Shown piece after piece: positions 50,140 through 62,000 of a stretch of 64,000 nucleotides of DNA. A program made the position numbers and the translations under genes. The notes beneath the pieces were generated by a model. It made no database searches, was not told the DNA's origin, and worked only from the letters and a program-made list of their open reading frames with translations. This DNA is from Laetmonice hystrix. Lineage: Eukaryota. Each line of letters starts with the position of its first letter. Within the stretch, counting starts at the first letter, position 1. The DNA is taken from NCBI GenBank assembly GCA_965235115.1, contig OZ249440.1:35404001-35468000 (forward strand). Reading direction: 5' to 3'.

Positions 50140-52405
50140 ATTAACGAATCTAGCCAAATTGCTAGAAACTCTTATGTTTTCCAAACGTCAATGTGCCTAT
50201 ATTTTATTCAAAATGATGGTCCTCTGGCAGTCAACTTAAGGTCCCGCTACCTCAGACAAAACCAGTGCTGTGAACGTTCTACACAAGCTGTGTCAACATC
50301 ACAAGTCAACATGGATGCAGCAGCAGTGAGACAGTTGACCAATGCACTACAAGCCATGTCGCATGACATTGAGAAATTCGCTGGGAAGGGCACCAGAGAC
50401 GTTACACGATGGTTGCAGGATTACGAAATTATGGCAACTTCAAAGAACTGGGGTGATGCTGAGCATTTACGTGATAATGCACGTGTATGGTATCATGGTG
50501 TGCTGCAGGAGAGAAAAGTGGACTGGGACACTCTCAAAGCGACGTTCCTCCAGAACTTTGCATTAACATCAGCGGAGAAGTGGTTGAGAGAGCAAGCTCT
50601 CAGGTCCAGAATACAACGGCCTGGTGAGTCGCTCAAAGACTTGCTCACAGCGCTACGTGACGAAGCTGACGCCATCAACCTTAATGAGGATGCCAAGGTT
50701 GATATCGCTTGGCACACCATGGCGGCAGCTAACAAAAACTTCATCACAGGCAAGCCAGCGACACTTCAAGCGTTCCTTGATACACCACTTGGGAGGGGAG
50801 AAGTATCACCTCCAGATGGGACAACGACCCAGAATGAAGACATCCACTCTCTTCGTAATGAAGTGAGGGGCCTAACCACCCAGATGTCGGCCCTCGTCGC
50901 CTCCATGACACCTCCAGTCGCGGCAGGGGGCATAATGCTGCTCCACGATACGGGACGAACCAGCCGGCCCATATTAATGAGCCAGGACATCGAAACAACA
51001 GTCCTTATCGCCAACCTCCTGGACCAGCAAGCAGACCATGGCCTAACGAGAGGCAGACACAGCCATGGAGAAATCAATTTCCCACGGTCCGTCCTCGTAC
51101 CCAATGCAGACGATGTGGACGAGTCTGCATTAACAGACGAGTCTGCCCAGCAATAACAGGTGTCGGAAGTGTAACCAGCTCGACCATTTTGCAGACATGT
51201 GTCGCACGGTGCCCAATCACACATAGGAATTCGCACCTGTCAGTGGGGTGTGTACTGACAGGGACAAGCAGAATGAAGGGGTCATCTGCGTGGATATGTC
51301 GAACATTAACACTATTGCACATAAAAATTATCTTCCTGTGTGTATCAGTGGCATTCAGACCATGGCGTTAGTGGATACGGGGGCATCAATAAGTGTGGTG
51401 TCACAGACACTGGTCAACAGTATCTCTAAAGGACTAAACTTTACACCTGGGGATTATCAAGCCATCATTGGTGTTGGCGGTGAAAGGCATAAAATCATTA
51501 AGGCGGTGAAAGGCATAAAATCATTAACAAAGTTTGTTTGTCACTCAACATAAGCGACAAGAATAGCTCACACACATTTCATGTGCATGAAGGCCATCAT
51601 ATGGTTATTCTGGGGATGGACTTCCTGAAAGCACAAGGTGCAATTCTAAACTTTGAAGACTCCTCATTGACATTCAAGACTGGTGAATGTGTAAAACTTC
51701 AACCTCCAGCCAAACAATCCTGTCTTGCCAGAGCCACATGTGCAGTGACGCTGCCACCCCATAGTGTGAGGATCATCCCCACCACCTGTTCCAAAAGATA
51801 CAAGGACCCCACTGTTGTGCTCTTCGAACCGACGGTCAAACATTAAGGCCAGAACAATGTGCACATGATGGACATGTTAGTCATGGTGAGCGGCAAGCGA
51901 GCCATATGTCGGGTTGCGAACACTGGAGATGATGTAGCACAGATAAAGAAGGGCCAGACACTAATGATTGGGAGACGTGCCAGTATGACTGAGATTAGGA
52001 GTATTGATGAACCCCCGCAGTCGGAGCAAACAGCCACACCCACGACCACCCCATCCCATACAGCACCGCAGAGGCCACAGCCAAAGTACCAGCAAGGACC
52101 CAAGCTAGCGTTCAAAATAGGAAAGGATACCTTGACTGAGGATCAGATAGAGCAATTAAAGAGTTTACTACATAGTCATGAAGGCATATTCACGGATCAA
52201 ATCCAAGCCCTCGTTCAGCAAGGTGTGCTGGAACCCTCTACGTCCAGATGGACGTCTCCAGTGGTTCTCGTAAAGAAAAAGGATGGTGCATGGCGATTAT
52301 CGTAAACTAAACTCAGTAACTAAGCCACAAGCGTTTCCCTTACCACGTTTGGAGGATGTTTGGGACATGCTAGGAGACAAAGGTGCATCAATATTCAGTG
52401 TGTGC
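50140..52405 (+). mobile_element. Degenerate Gypsy gag-protease-RT start
   Basis: IEKF.G....V..WL..YE gag; Cys/His knuckle ~51105-51200; ALVDTGASISV, ILGMDFL; S.S.WTSPVVLVKKKDG.WR, FPLPRLED. Confidence 0.85.
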
Positions 52406-52578
52406 ATAACATTTTAAAATATTTATTAAGAATTCACTCAGTGCTGTATGCTTTGAAGTTTGATCCTTACCAAACCTAATTTTTCAAATCGTAGCCATTT
52501 GTGATACAAATGAAGGTGTGACTTAAGATTAAAGTTACCTGGTGTAATATGTAATTGAGACATATAATATGTTTCAGG

Positions 52579-52790
52579 CATTCGACATGGACACGGGTGC
52601 CAATTACAAAAAAAGAAAGATAATCATAAAGGATGACCTTAAACGGGAATTAGAGGTCAAACTTTGGGGAAGATTCGCCCAGGAAACAGTTATCAAAGAA
52701 GATGATGAGGTTGTCATCACGTGTGGCGAAGTGGACATTTGGAGGTCAAATGTTTCAGTAAACACCACAGAGACGTCTTCAGTGAATGTG
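52579..52790 (+). pseudogene. OB-fold (RPA-like) exon fragment
   Basis: KRKIIIKDD...LEVKLWG..A......VVIT..EVD.W...SVNTT after a TTTCAG acceptor. Confidence 0.5.
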
Positions 52791-53460
52791 CGTAAAAGTT
52801 GATTGATTATTATGTTATGTAGTGAGAATTTATAAGGTGAACTTTTCATTAAAAATATTTTGTTGGGGGTGATGTGTTATTGTTATTCATCTGTTTTGGT
52901 TTGGATGTCTACAGGTCACTCCAGGCAAGGGCGAGTAGACGCAAGTTGACACCGTGACAGTAGTGGCAGCAGATGATAGGTTTGTATGGCTGTCTGATTA
53001 TTAAAACTGGGGTAGCAATGCCATGGTTACTTGATTATCATTAAATTGATTGCTGGAGTAAGAAGGTAAAAGCCTGGCAGACTGATTGTGTTCGTGAAAC
53101 AATTGTCATGCATGCATTGTTTTCCTAAGTATCAAAAGTGGGTCATATTTATGGTTTATTCAACATTGAGAAACTTTAAAAATCATTAAGAAGTGTACTT
53201 GCTAAGTGACGCCAAGGACATCCCTTGTTCACCGGCCCATCAGGCAAAGAAACCCGGCCTTCACATCTCGACTCATCACCTTACACAAAGGCCTTTCACC
53301 TCCTTTGACTGTGGAGGTGTGACTGGTGTCAGCTGGTAAGGTGTGGGTACCTAGTGCTCTGTGTATCCGTATATAAGGTGCAGTGACCATGCTGGACCAA
53401 ACACACCTTCACCAGCAACAACCAACTCGACATCTACTGATTACCCACAATGACTACAAG

Positions 53461-53980
53461 ATGTTTGGTCACTCCATGGTACGGCGGCTGTTACGGGACG
53501 TCGAACACGATGGGGGACCTGGGAGGCACTTGGGGCGGGACAACGTCCAGTTCCAGTGGATGCACCAGGGCGGGCTACGAATAGCTGACCTGACAAGAGC
53601 CCATACGAGCCCAGCCGGATATAGTCTACATCGACCTGGGGACGAATGACTTGGACCCCAACACCACGCCTGCACAAGTGGAGTCCATTGCCAGCTTGGT
53701 CCTGCCGCACCATCGCCACCAGAGGGCGGTGATCGTCTCACAAGTGCTCCTCCGTGCGATTCCCCAGAAGTCCATGAGGAGGAGACGGATATCGGCAGAG
53801 GGGGTGGCCCGAGTGAACTACCTCATCGAGCTCCTGAACCAGCGCCTGCGAAAAATCGCCGCCAGAGAAGACAGCGTGTCCTTCTGGGGACACGGATGTC
53901 TCAACCGAAGAATCCAGATGGGGAAGTTGACACAAGCAGACGGGCTTCACTTCAATGCGGATGGGAACAGTCGGCTAGCT
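53461..53980 (+). pseudogene. SGNH hydrolase ORF, DIRS/Ngaro-associated type, frameshifted
   Basis: MFGHSMVRRL, GGLR, IDLGTNDL, DGLHFN. Confidence 0.7.
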
Positions 53981-55101
53981 TTACTCTTGCTTATAAGGTC
54001 GAAGTCGGCTGCCAAACAAAAATACTGCGCAGCGGGAACTGACTCGAGTATAAACCCGCTCAACATGCGCAATGATGATGCGCATAAACAAATGGCGCGA
54101 TTGTCTTTAACGTCATTTGCATAACTAGGTCGCGAGACTTAAGCCCCCTATTAAGTGGTGAAGCCCAAAAGAAGCACATATTCAATCCAATAATTATAGT
54201 GGGTTATGTGTGAAATATTAAATATGTTCACTTATAAATACATGTGTATGAAAGTATGAAAAATGCACTTTAAGAGGAATCAACCAAATATACATATATC
54301 CTATAGTTTTCTTTCACTGGACATACAAATGAAGAAAAATAAATTTATGAATACGATAAATAAATTGTGCACGTATACTACCAGAATTCTCGAAAACTGT
54401 AACTTAGAGGATGTCGACACAAATGTAGCGATGACAAAATGTGACCTAGTTTTTTTTCAGTATTCAGGCTCCAGCCACGGCGAGAGGAGTTTCACCTGCA
54501 GCAGCCTGACCAGCATGATGAGTTGCCCCCAGTGCAGCCTGAGGTTGTTCCTGAGATTAATCTGGACGAGGGTCGTGACCAGTACCTCGAGCAATTGCCC
54601 GAGGAGGTCGCGGCACTTGTCCACCAAGATGATCTCGGGCAGCATCTTCAGCTGTGCCCTGAGCAACTTGTTGAGCTGGCTGAGCTGCAGGCCGTGAAGC
54701 TGCCCGTCGGCGACAGTTCGGAGAGCCGAGGGACGTGCCGAGGCGTGGCGAGTGCGGGCAGCAGCAACAGCAGCAGCAGCGGCACGTCTTCGAGAGCCGA
54801 CGCGTCGCAGCCAGCGTATACATGAGCGCCAGGTTAGGTTAGGTTTGGACGTTAGGTCCTAGGTTAGGTTAGGTTTGGATGCTAGGTCTGTTCCTAGGTT
54901 AGGCTAGGTTGGGTTTTGATGTTAGTTTGAGTTTGAGATCAAATAGACATAATGAGTGAACAAATTAAACATGAGCCCAAGGCAGTCAGTAACCCAAGGC
55001 AGTCAGTAACCCCCCCCCCCATTACGTAATGCCATGTGTCCATGGTAATCCCCGCCTGCATTCCAAGTCGAGAGACCACTGGCCCCTCCTGCAGAGGGAG
55101 G

Positions 55102-56257
55102 GAGTGAGTGAGTGAGTAGTGGTGGTTTTGCGCCATGTCGGCATCTGGGGCCATATTCACGGCGAAAACGAGTTATAAGACCATAAAACCAAAGGAACCT
55201 ATTTTATCCCGGGTCCCAACGGGAACACCACCAAAAAACATCTATAAAAGATTCAGTGAGTGAGTGAGTAGTGGTGGTTTTGCGCCGTGTCGGCATCCGG
55301 GGCCATATTCACGGCGAAATCAGAGTTATAACACCATAAAACCAAAGGAACCTATTTTATCCTGGGTCCCAACGGGAACACCACCAAAACACATCTATAA
55401 AAGAGTCAGAAGTCCAGCCTCTGACAAGAACTCTAAAATCACTCCTGGTCTGACATTGCTATAAAGATCCTTAAGACTCGTCTCATTATAAAACCTTTGT
55501 CTGATGAGAGTAAAATCACCACATTCGAGTAAAAGATGCTTCAGTGTCAAAGGACACTGACAGCCATAACATTCTGGAGGTGGCTCCCCCTTCAATAAAA
55601 ACACATGAGTTAATCTAGAATGACCAACTTTGCATCGAGTAAAAACAATTTCATGCCTCCGTTGGGTTAGGCCATGATGATACCTTTGGTTTACGATGGG
55701 AGTGAGTGAGTGAGTAGTGGTGGTTTCCCGCCGTGCCGGCATCTGGGGCCATCTTCACGGCGAAAACAGGGTTAAAAAGACCATGAAATGAAAGGAACCT
55801 ATTTTATCCCGGGCCCCAACGGGAATATCATTAAAACACACTCCATCCTGTCAGCCCAACCGGGCCATCGACGAGCCTGAACTATAAAAGAGTCAGAAGT
55901 CCAGCTTCTGACAAAAACTCTAAAATCACTCCTGGTCTGACATTGTTAAAAAGATCCTTAAGACTTGTCTCACTATAAAACCGTTGTCTGATCAGAGTAA
56001 AATCACCACACTCAAGTAAAAGATGCTTCAGTGTCAAAGGACACTGACAGCCATGACACTCTGGAGGTGGCTCCCCCTTGAATAAAAACACGTGGGTTAA
56101 TCTAGAATGACCAATCCTGCATCGAGTATAAACAATTTCATGCCTACGTTGGGTTAGGCCATGAAGACACCTTTGGTTCACGACAGGACTGATCTGGTAC
56201 AATTTATTGTTTGGTTGTTCATCCCATTCAGCCTGCCATTTGTTTTTAACATAAGCA
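55102..56257 (-). mobile_element. Three head-to-tail stacked 5'-truncated I-group copies (55102-55256, 55256-55701, 55701-56257)
   Basis: Three (ACTC)n tails; the two internal ones abut the next copy with no spacer. Confidence 0.95.
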
Positions 56258-56259
56258 GA

Positions 56260-56641
56260 GGAATGCAAGCCAGGGATGGATCAAGAATTGAAGAAACTTG
56301 TGAAGTTGGGAATTTTGAAGAAGGGATGTTCACCCTATAGTTCACCATGTCTTTTGATAAAGAAACCCAATTCTAATGACTTCAGATTTGTTTCTGAGTT
56401 TAGATACTTGAACACAAAAGTGGTTACAGTGCAACAGAATTACCTGTCTCTACAGAATGTTTTGGCTCGACTAGGAAAAGCAAAAAGTACGGTAGTATCT
56501 GCCATTGACTTGAAAAGTGCATTTCATGCATTACCACTGTCAACAAAATCTCAGCAGTATACAGGTATATGTCCATATCCAGGGGCACCTATGTATATGT
56601 ATCGACGTCTTCCTATGGGAATGAATCTATCTCCGGCATGA
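56260..56641 (+). pseudogene. Gypsy-type RT fragment
   Basis: SPYSSP.LL.KK....RFV..FR.LN, SAIDLKSAFH, Y.RLPMG...SP. Confidence 0.85.
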
Positions 56642-57294
56642 TGCAAATGTAGATTTCCAGTGGCGGCCATTTTGAAATCTAATATAGCGGACATAAAGAG
56701 AGAATTTCAAGTGGCCCAATATCTGAAAACGTTCGCAACATATTAATGTACATTTGTGCCAAATTTGGTGCTTGTATTACAAAATGCACAATTCTCTGGA
56801 ATATTGGGGCTAAGCCGCCCCACTATAGATTGATTTGTTTAATTACTTGCGACTATAAAGTCATTCAATTTTGGTATCAATTCGAGAACTGGTGGACCGA
56901 GAATTCGCCCATGTAGAATCTACAAATTGATATAAAGCCACTGCAAATTATATTCATTGTGCTTTTATTATCCTCCAGAAGTTTTCTTGGTGCAGGTGTA
57001 CCTGCTCAATGACCAAGGTGCAACAGAATCAGTGAGGCTCTCTGCATCAAACTGTGTGCTATATGCAAGTAACCAAAGAAGAAGGGTGCCTTACCAGTTT
57101 GGTGCACTGTTGTGGACAAGAAAAAGCCTGCTGAACATGGCCATCCTACGATAGAATTTCACAATCCACAAAACCGTGCCGGAGAGGCAAGACTCAAGTT
57201 GAAAAAAACTGCAGCAGCTGCTGCTGGAGCTCCTCCAGAAAAAAAGAAGACTGCACATGGAATGGAAGGTGGGGCTCAAGATGTTGAAGAGGAA

Positions 57295-57590
57295 GATGTT
57301 CAAGTACCTCCTGCAGTGCCACCTGCAGCACAAGACCAAGTACCTCCTGCAGTGCCCCATAAAGTGCCCCCTGCAGCACAAGACCAAGTACCTCCTGCAG
57401 TGCCCCGTCAAGTGCCCCTTGCAGCACAAGACCAAGTACCTCCTGCAGTGCCCCATAAAGTACCTCCTGCAGCACAAGACCAAGTACCTCCTGCAGTGCC
57501 CCATGAAGTGCCCCCTGCAGCACAAGACCAAGTACCTCCTGCAGTGCCCCATGAAGTGCCCCCTGGAGCACAAGACCAAGTACCTCCCGA
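57295..57590 (+). repeat. 48-bp coding minisatellite (~6 copies; AAQDQVPPAVPH(K/E)VPP)
   Basis: GCAGCACAAGACCAAGTACCTCCTGCAGTGCCCCAT.AAGTGCCCCCT repeats. Confidence 0.9.
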
Positions 57591-58037
57591 AATGCCAGCT
57601 TATGTGGTGGATGTTCCTGCTGTCCAGGATTTGGTGGTCGTGGGCCAGCCTTTGCCGGTAATTGTGAGAGACACACCAGTTCCAAAATCAACACGCTGGT
57701 ACCAGGTGGGATCACATATGACAATTGCATGCTGGTATTTTTTTTGTGGTTGAAATTGGATTCTTCCAAAGTTTCCTCATTGGTAATAGACATTAGGATA
57801 AATGTAAATACAGATACAGAGTATGGATTTCATATGTATTACGTCATTATGACCACCCAGGAATGTGCTGTGCAGTAAAATAACAGTTAAATGCACAGGC
57901 AGTAACAGTTTGCTATTCTGTAATTTGAAGCTAATATTTTATATTATCCTATGTTTATATATAGAGTCTATAGAGAGTAAGCCCAATAAAACGGCCCTTA
58001 AGCAATAAATATACATATGTTTTTCTGTCAGTCGTGC

Positions 58038-59084
58038 TTGTGCTTGCCATGGACTGCTGCCGCAGACACATCATTGCCATCCTTTGAGCCATCAGTATAG
58101 AGGGCATAATGTGAGGGATACTTTGTCTGGATGTCAAGAAAATGTTCAAAATATGTCAGGGGATGAGTCTCCGACTTCTTCAGTTGAGCCAACTGAAGAA
58201 TGACGTAAGGCTTTTCCAGGTCCCAAGGAGTGAGTGAGTGAGTAGTGATGGTTTTGCGCCGTGTCGGCATCTGGGGCCATCTACACGGCAAAAAAAGAGT
58301 AATAAGACCATAAAACCAAAGGAACCTATTTTATCCCAGCGGGAACACCACCAAAACACATCTATAAAAGAGTCAGAAGTCCAGCCTCTGACAAGAACTC
58401 TAAAATCACTCCTGGTCTGATATTGCTAAAAAGATCCTTAAGACTCGTCTCATTATAAAACCTTTGTCTGATGAGAGTAAAATCACCACAGTCGAGTAAA
58501 AGATGCTTCAGTGTCAAAGGACACCGACAGCCATAACATTCTGGAGGTGGCTCCCCCTTCAATAAAAACACATGGGTTAATCTAGAATGACCAACTCTGC
58601 ATCGAGTAAAAACAATTTCATGCCTCCGTTGGGTTAGGCCATGATGATACCTTTGGTTTACGATGGGACTGATCTGATACAACTTATTGTTTGGTTGTTC
58701 ATCCCATTCGGCCTGCCATTTGTTTTTAATGTATGCCCAGATGGTAGGTCTGAGGTCAGAGGCTGGGATTGGACAGAGTTCGACGTCTGTTTCAAGAGCC
58801 CTCTTTGCAGTTTTGTCAGCTTGCTCATTGCCCGGGATGCCAACATGACCAGGCACCCAGCAAAATTGAATATCAAAGTTTGCATTGGCAAGCACTGCCA
58901 ACTTGGACAAGATTTGAACGATCACTGGGTGATCTGTGTTCAAGTTAGCAAGTGCTTGCAGACAGGATAAGGAATCCGAGAAAATGAGGAAGTCCTTTTC
59001 ACTAGAAACTTCAATATTTTGAAGGGCAAGAAGCAGGGCCCGGGCCTCTGCTGAGAAAATGGAGCTTTGCCCCGAGATGCGGGT
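58038..59084 (-). mobile_element. Permuted I-group copy: TRISGQ-to-tail (59084-58229) followed by PWDLEK-HGKH (58229-58038)
   Basis: Both parts match ORF2 but in swapped order. Confidence 0.9.
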
Positions 59085-62000
59085 ATGAACTGTATCCATA
59101 TTATGTTATCCATATTACTGATAAGTTACAGTTCATACATTCATACCATGCAAAGTCCCTCATCTTGTGATATTGATGAAGTACTCATTGAAGGTTCATC
59201 TTTGTATGAAAAGGTACGAACTAAGTTAACTGAACAAAATGTTAATCTACCAGATGCCTTTCTGTCATTCAATAATCTTCCCCGTGAATTAGAAACTTCC
59301 AGCAGTCAGTTTGTGACATAAAAGAAAGTGATCACTGGGTAACTGTGTTAGTACTGATGATGTTAATGTGTCAGGTGATGGTACAGCCATTTTGATGTGT
59401 TTTCAAAACTTGACACAACTAGCAGATCAGTTATTCAGATTTGTATTTAGCATTAAGAACGACCCTTGTGCTGTCTGGTATGAATTGCAACCTGTTCAGA
59501 TCATGCATGAAACAAGTCGTAGTAAGAAGTCTGCTGAGCTAGTTGTAAGTTCTCAAAAGATTCAAACTTTTAAAAGATGTGTCCCAGTAGTTGAAGCAGA
59601 ACGTTTCAATGTGGTTTCCAATCGCAGTTGTACAAAGTTTACTGGTATTGCATGTTCAAACATGTTCTCAGTTTTATCTGAGCCTGATACGAACTCTGTT
59701 ACAGCCAATAACAAAGGACATAATCAGTCATCTAACAGACAGGTAAACCAGAAGGATTCGGTAGATTCCTGTGAAAATCCACAGACTAATGAAATGGAAT
59801 CAGTTTGCACAGTCAACACTGATATAAGCATTGTACAGGGTAACATAAGCCAAGCCGACACTTGCTTTGACCAGTATAATAAACAAAGGTTGTCAGTGAG
59901 TAATGCAGTCACAAGTCTCGTGTCTCTCAGGAAAAATAAACAATATCAATCTTCAAAAATCAACTACATACTCCTTGAGGGAGCCCGCTTATGTGACAGA
60001 TCTCGAGCAGTCCATACCAAAGATCTTGAAAAGGCAATTCCAGAACTGATCTCACACACTAGTGAACCTTATATTGTGAAAAACATAAAATCTTCTGAGG
60101 CAGTACTGAGTGGTGGTATCAAAACAAGAAGTCGGAAAAACACAAATCTAACTGATACACTTCCTGACGTGTTTGCCATCACAAATGCTGCGATTGTATC
60201 AGTAGGAAACTACTTCGTCACTGCCTTCAGGTCAAGCAGTGATTCATACGTGGTATTTAGTGCCAGCCCCTGCAGTGTAACTGAAGCACTAATGTCAAAA
60301 GGAAAGGCAACACTTGTGGAGTGCAAAACTGTTCACCAAACAAGTGAGCTAATTGACAAACTGCTCAAAAAAATGACGAAGGAAGGTTTACGTTGTCGAA
60401 TAGTTTCTTTGACAATTATGGATGACACTTGCAACATTTCACAAGACTTGCTTCTCAGAGACAGTACCAACAGTAATGATACAGCACAGGACAAAAATCA
60501 GAAAATTAATAGAAAGGAATACATGAGGCAATATATGAGAAAGAATGACAAGATTGCGATGTCCGTGAGATTGAAAGAATGTATGCAAAGAACAGAAGGT
60601 TAAATCCAAAACATCAACAAGCCGATCAGGAATACATTAACAAAAGACGACTAGATGCAAGATTCAAACAAAATGAGCGTGAATTCATAAATAAACGAAG
60701 ACTGGATGATGATTTTAAAGAAAATGAATGCGAGTACATAAACGAAGACGAGGACGATTTCAAACAAAATGAATGCGAATACAGAAAAAAACGAAGACAA
60801 GAGGAGGAATTCAAACAAAAAGAATGTGAATACATACAAAAAAGAACACAAGAGGATGATTTCAAACAGGATGAACGCGAATACATCAAGAAACGAAGAC
60901 TAGAGGATGAATTCAAACAGTCTGAAAGGCAATACTTTCAGAAATACGGGAAAAAGAAAGTAAAGCAAAGAAGCAAAAATATAAGAGTGCTGATACGTAT
61001 CGTATCAAATATATTAAAAGTAGCATTACAAAGTATGCAAATTGCAAGACATTCAGAGACAAAGTAAAGAGCTACAGTATGAAAAAGTATGCAGCTTGCA
61101 ACACATTCCGAGACAAAGTGAAAACCTACAGTTCGAAAAAGTATGCAGCTTGCAAAACATTCCGAGACAAAGTGAAAACCTACAGTATGAAAAGTATGCA
61201 GCTTCCAACATATTCAGAGACAAGGTGAAAAGCTATAGTACGAAAAAATATAGCCAAAATTTAATGTTCAGGTTGAGGAAAACTCGGGCACAAACGTTGA
61301 AATATCGAAATAATGTTCAGTTTCGTGAGAGGATGAGATTGGCAGTCCAGTTACGATTACAAAAGATAAATACTGATCCAATGTTGAACAAACGTTTGAA
61401 AGAAATGAAAAGACGGCAATACTTTAGAAACAGCATGGCATTTAAACTAAGAGCTTGTCAGAGAAAAAAAGAGAAACGCGAACATCTTGAACATTTGAAG
61501 GTTATGTTTCAAACAGCAGTTCAAGAGTATCCAGAGTATGTTTGCTGCATTTGTCGACGTCTCCTTTTCAAAAAGCAAGTCCTGAAATGTAATAAAACAA
61601 AGTATGAAACCACACTTGGTAAGAAATTACATTACATACATTACACAGTTGTAATCCAGAATGCACACAAACTTGTTCTGTACGAAGGGAATCACGAAGA
61701 GACTTGTACATATGTCATACATGCGACAGATATTTGAAAGCTGGGAAAATGCCACACGAAGCATACATAAACAAATTGGAATTGCAGCCAGTACCACATG
61801 AACTCCAAACATTGAACATACTGGAGAAACACCTCATATCGTGAATCGTACCCTTCATGAAACTCATCACATTACCAAAAGGTGGTCAGAAAAAATTGAA
61901 AGGACGATGTGTTTTGGTTCCGTCAGACTTACAAGATACAATAAACAGTCTACCCATAATAGAAAGCGACAACCCAAAACTCGTTAGGCTCAAAATGAAA

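Noticed and set aside
57091..57793. Overlapping long ORFs on both strands as real genes
   Set aside because: Openness is explained by the stop-poor 48-bp minisatellite; no recognisable domain
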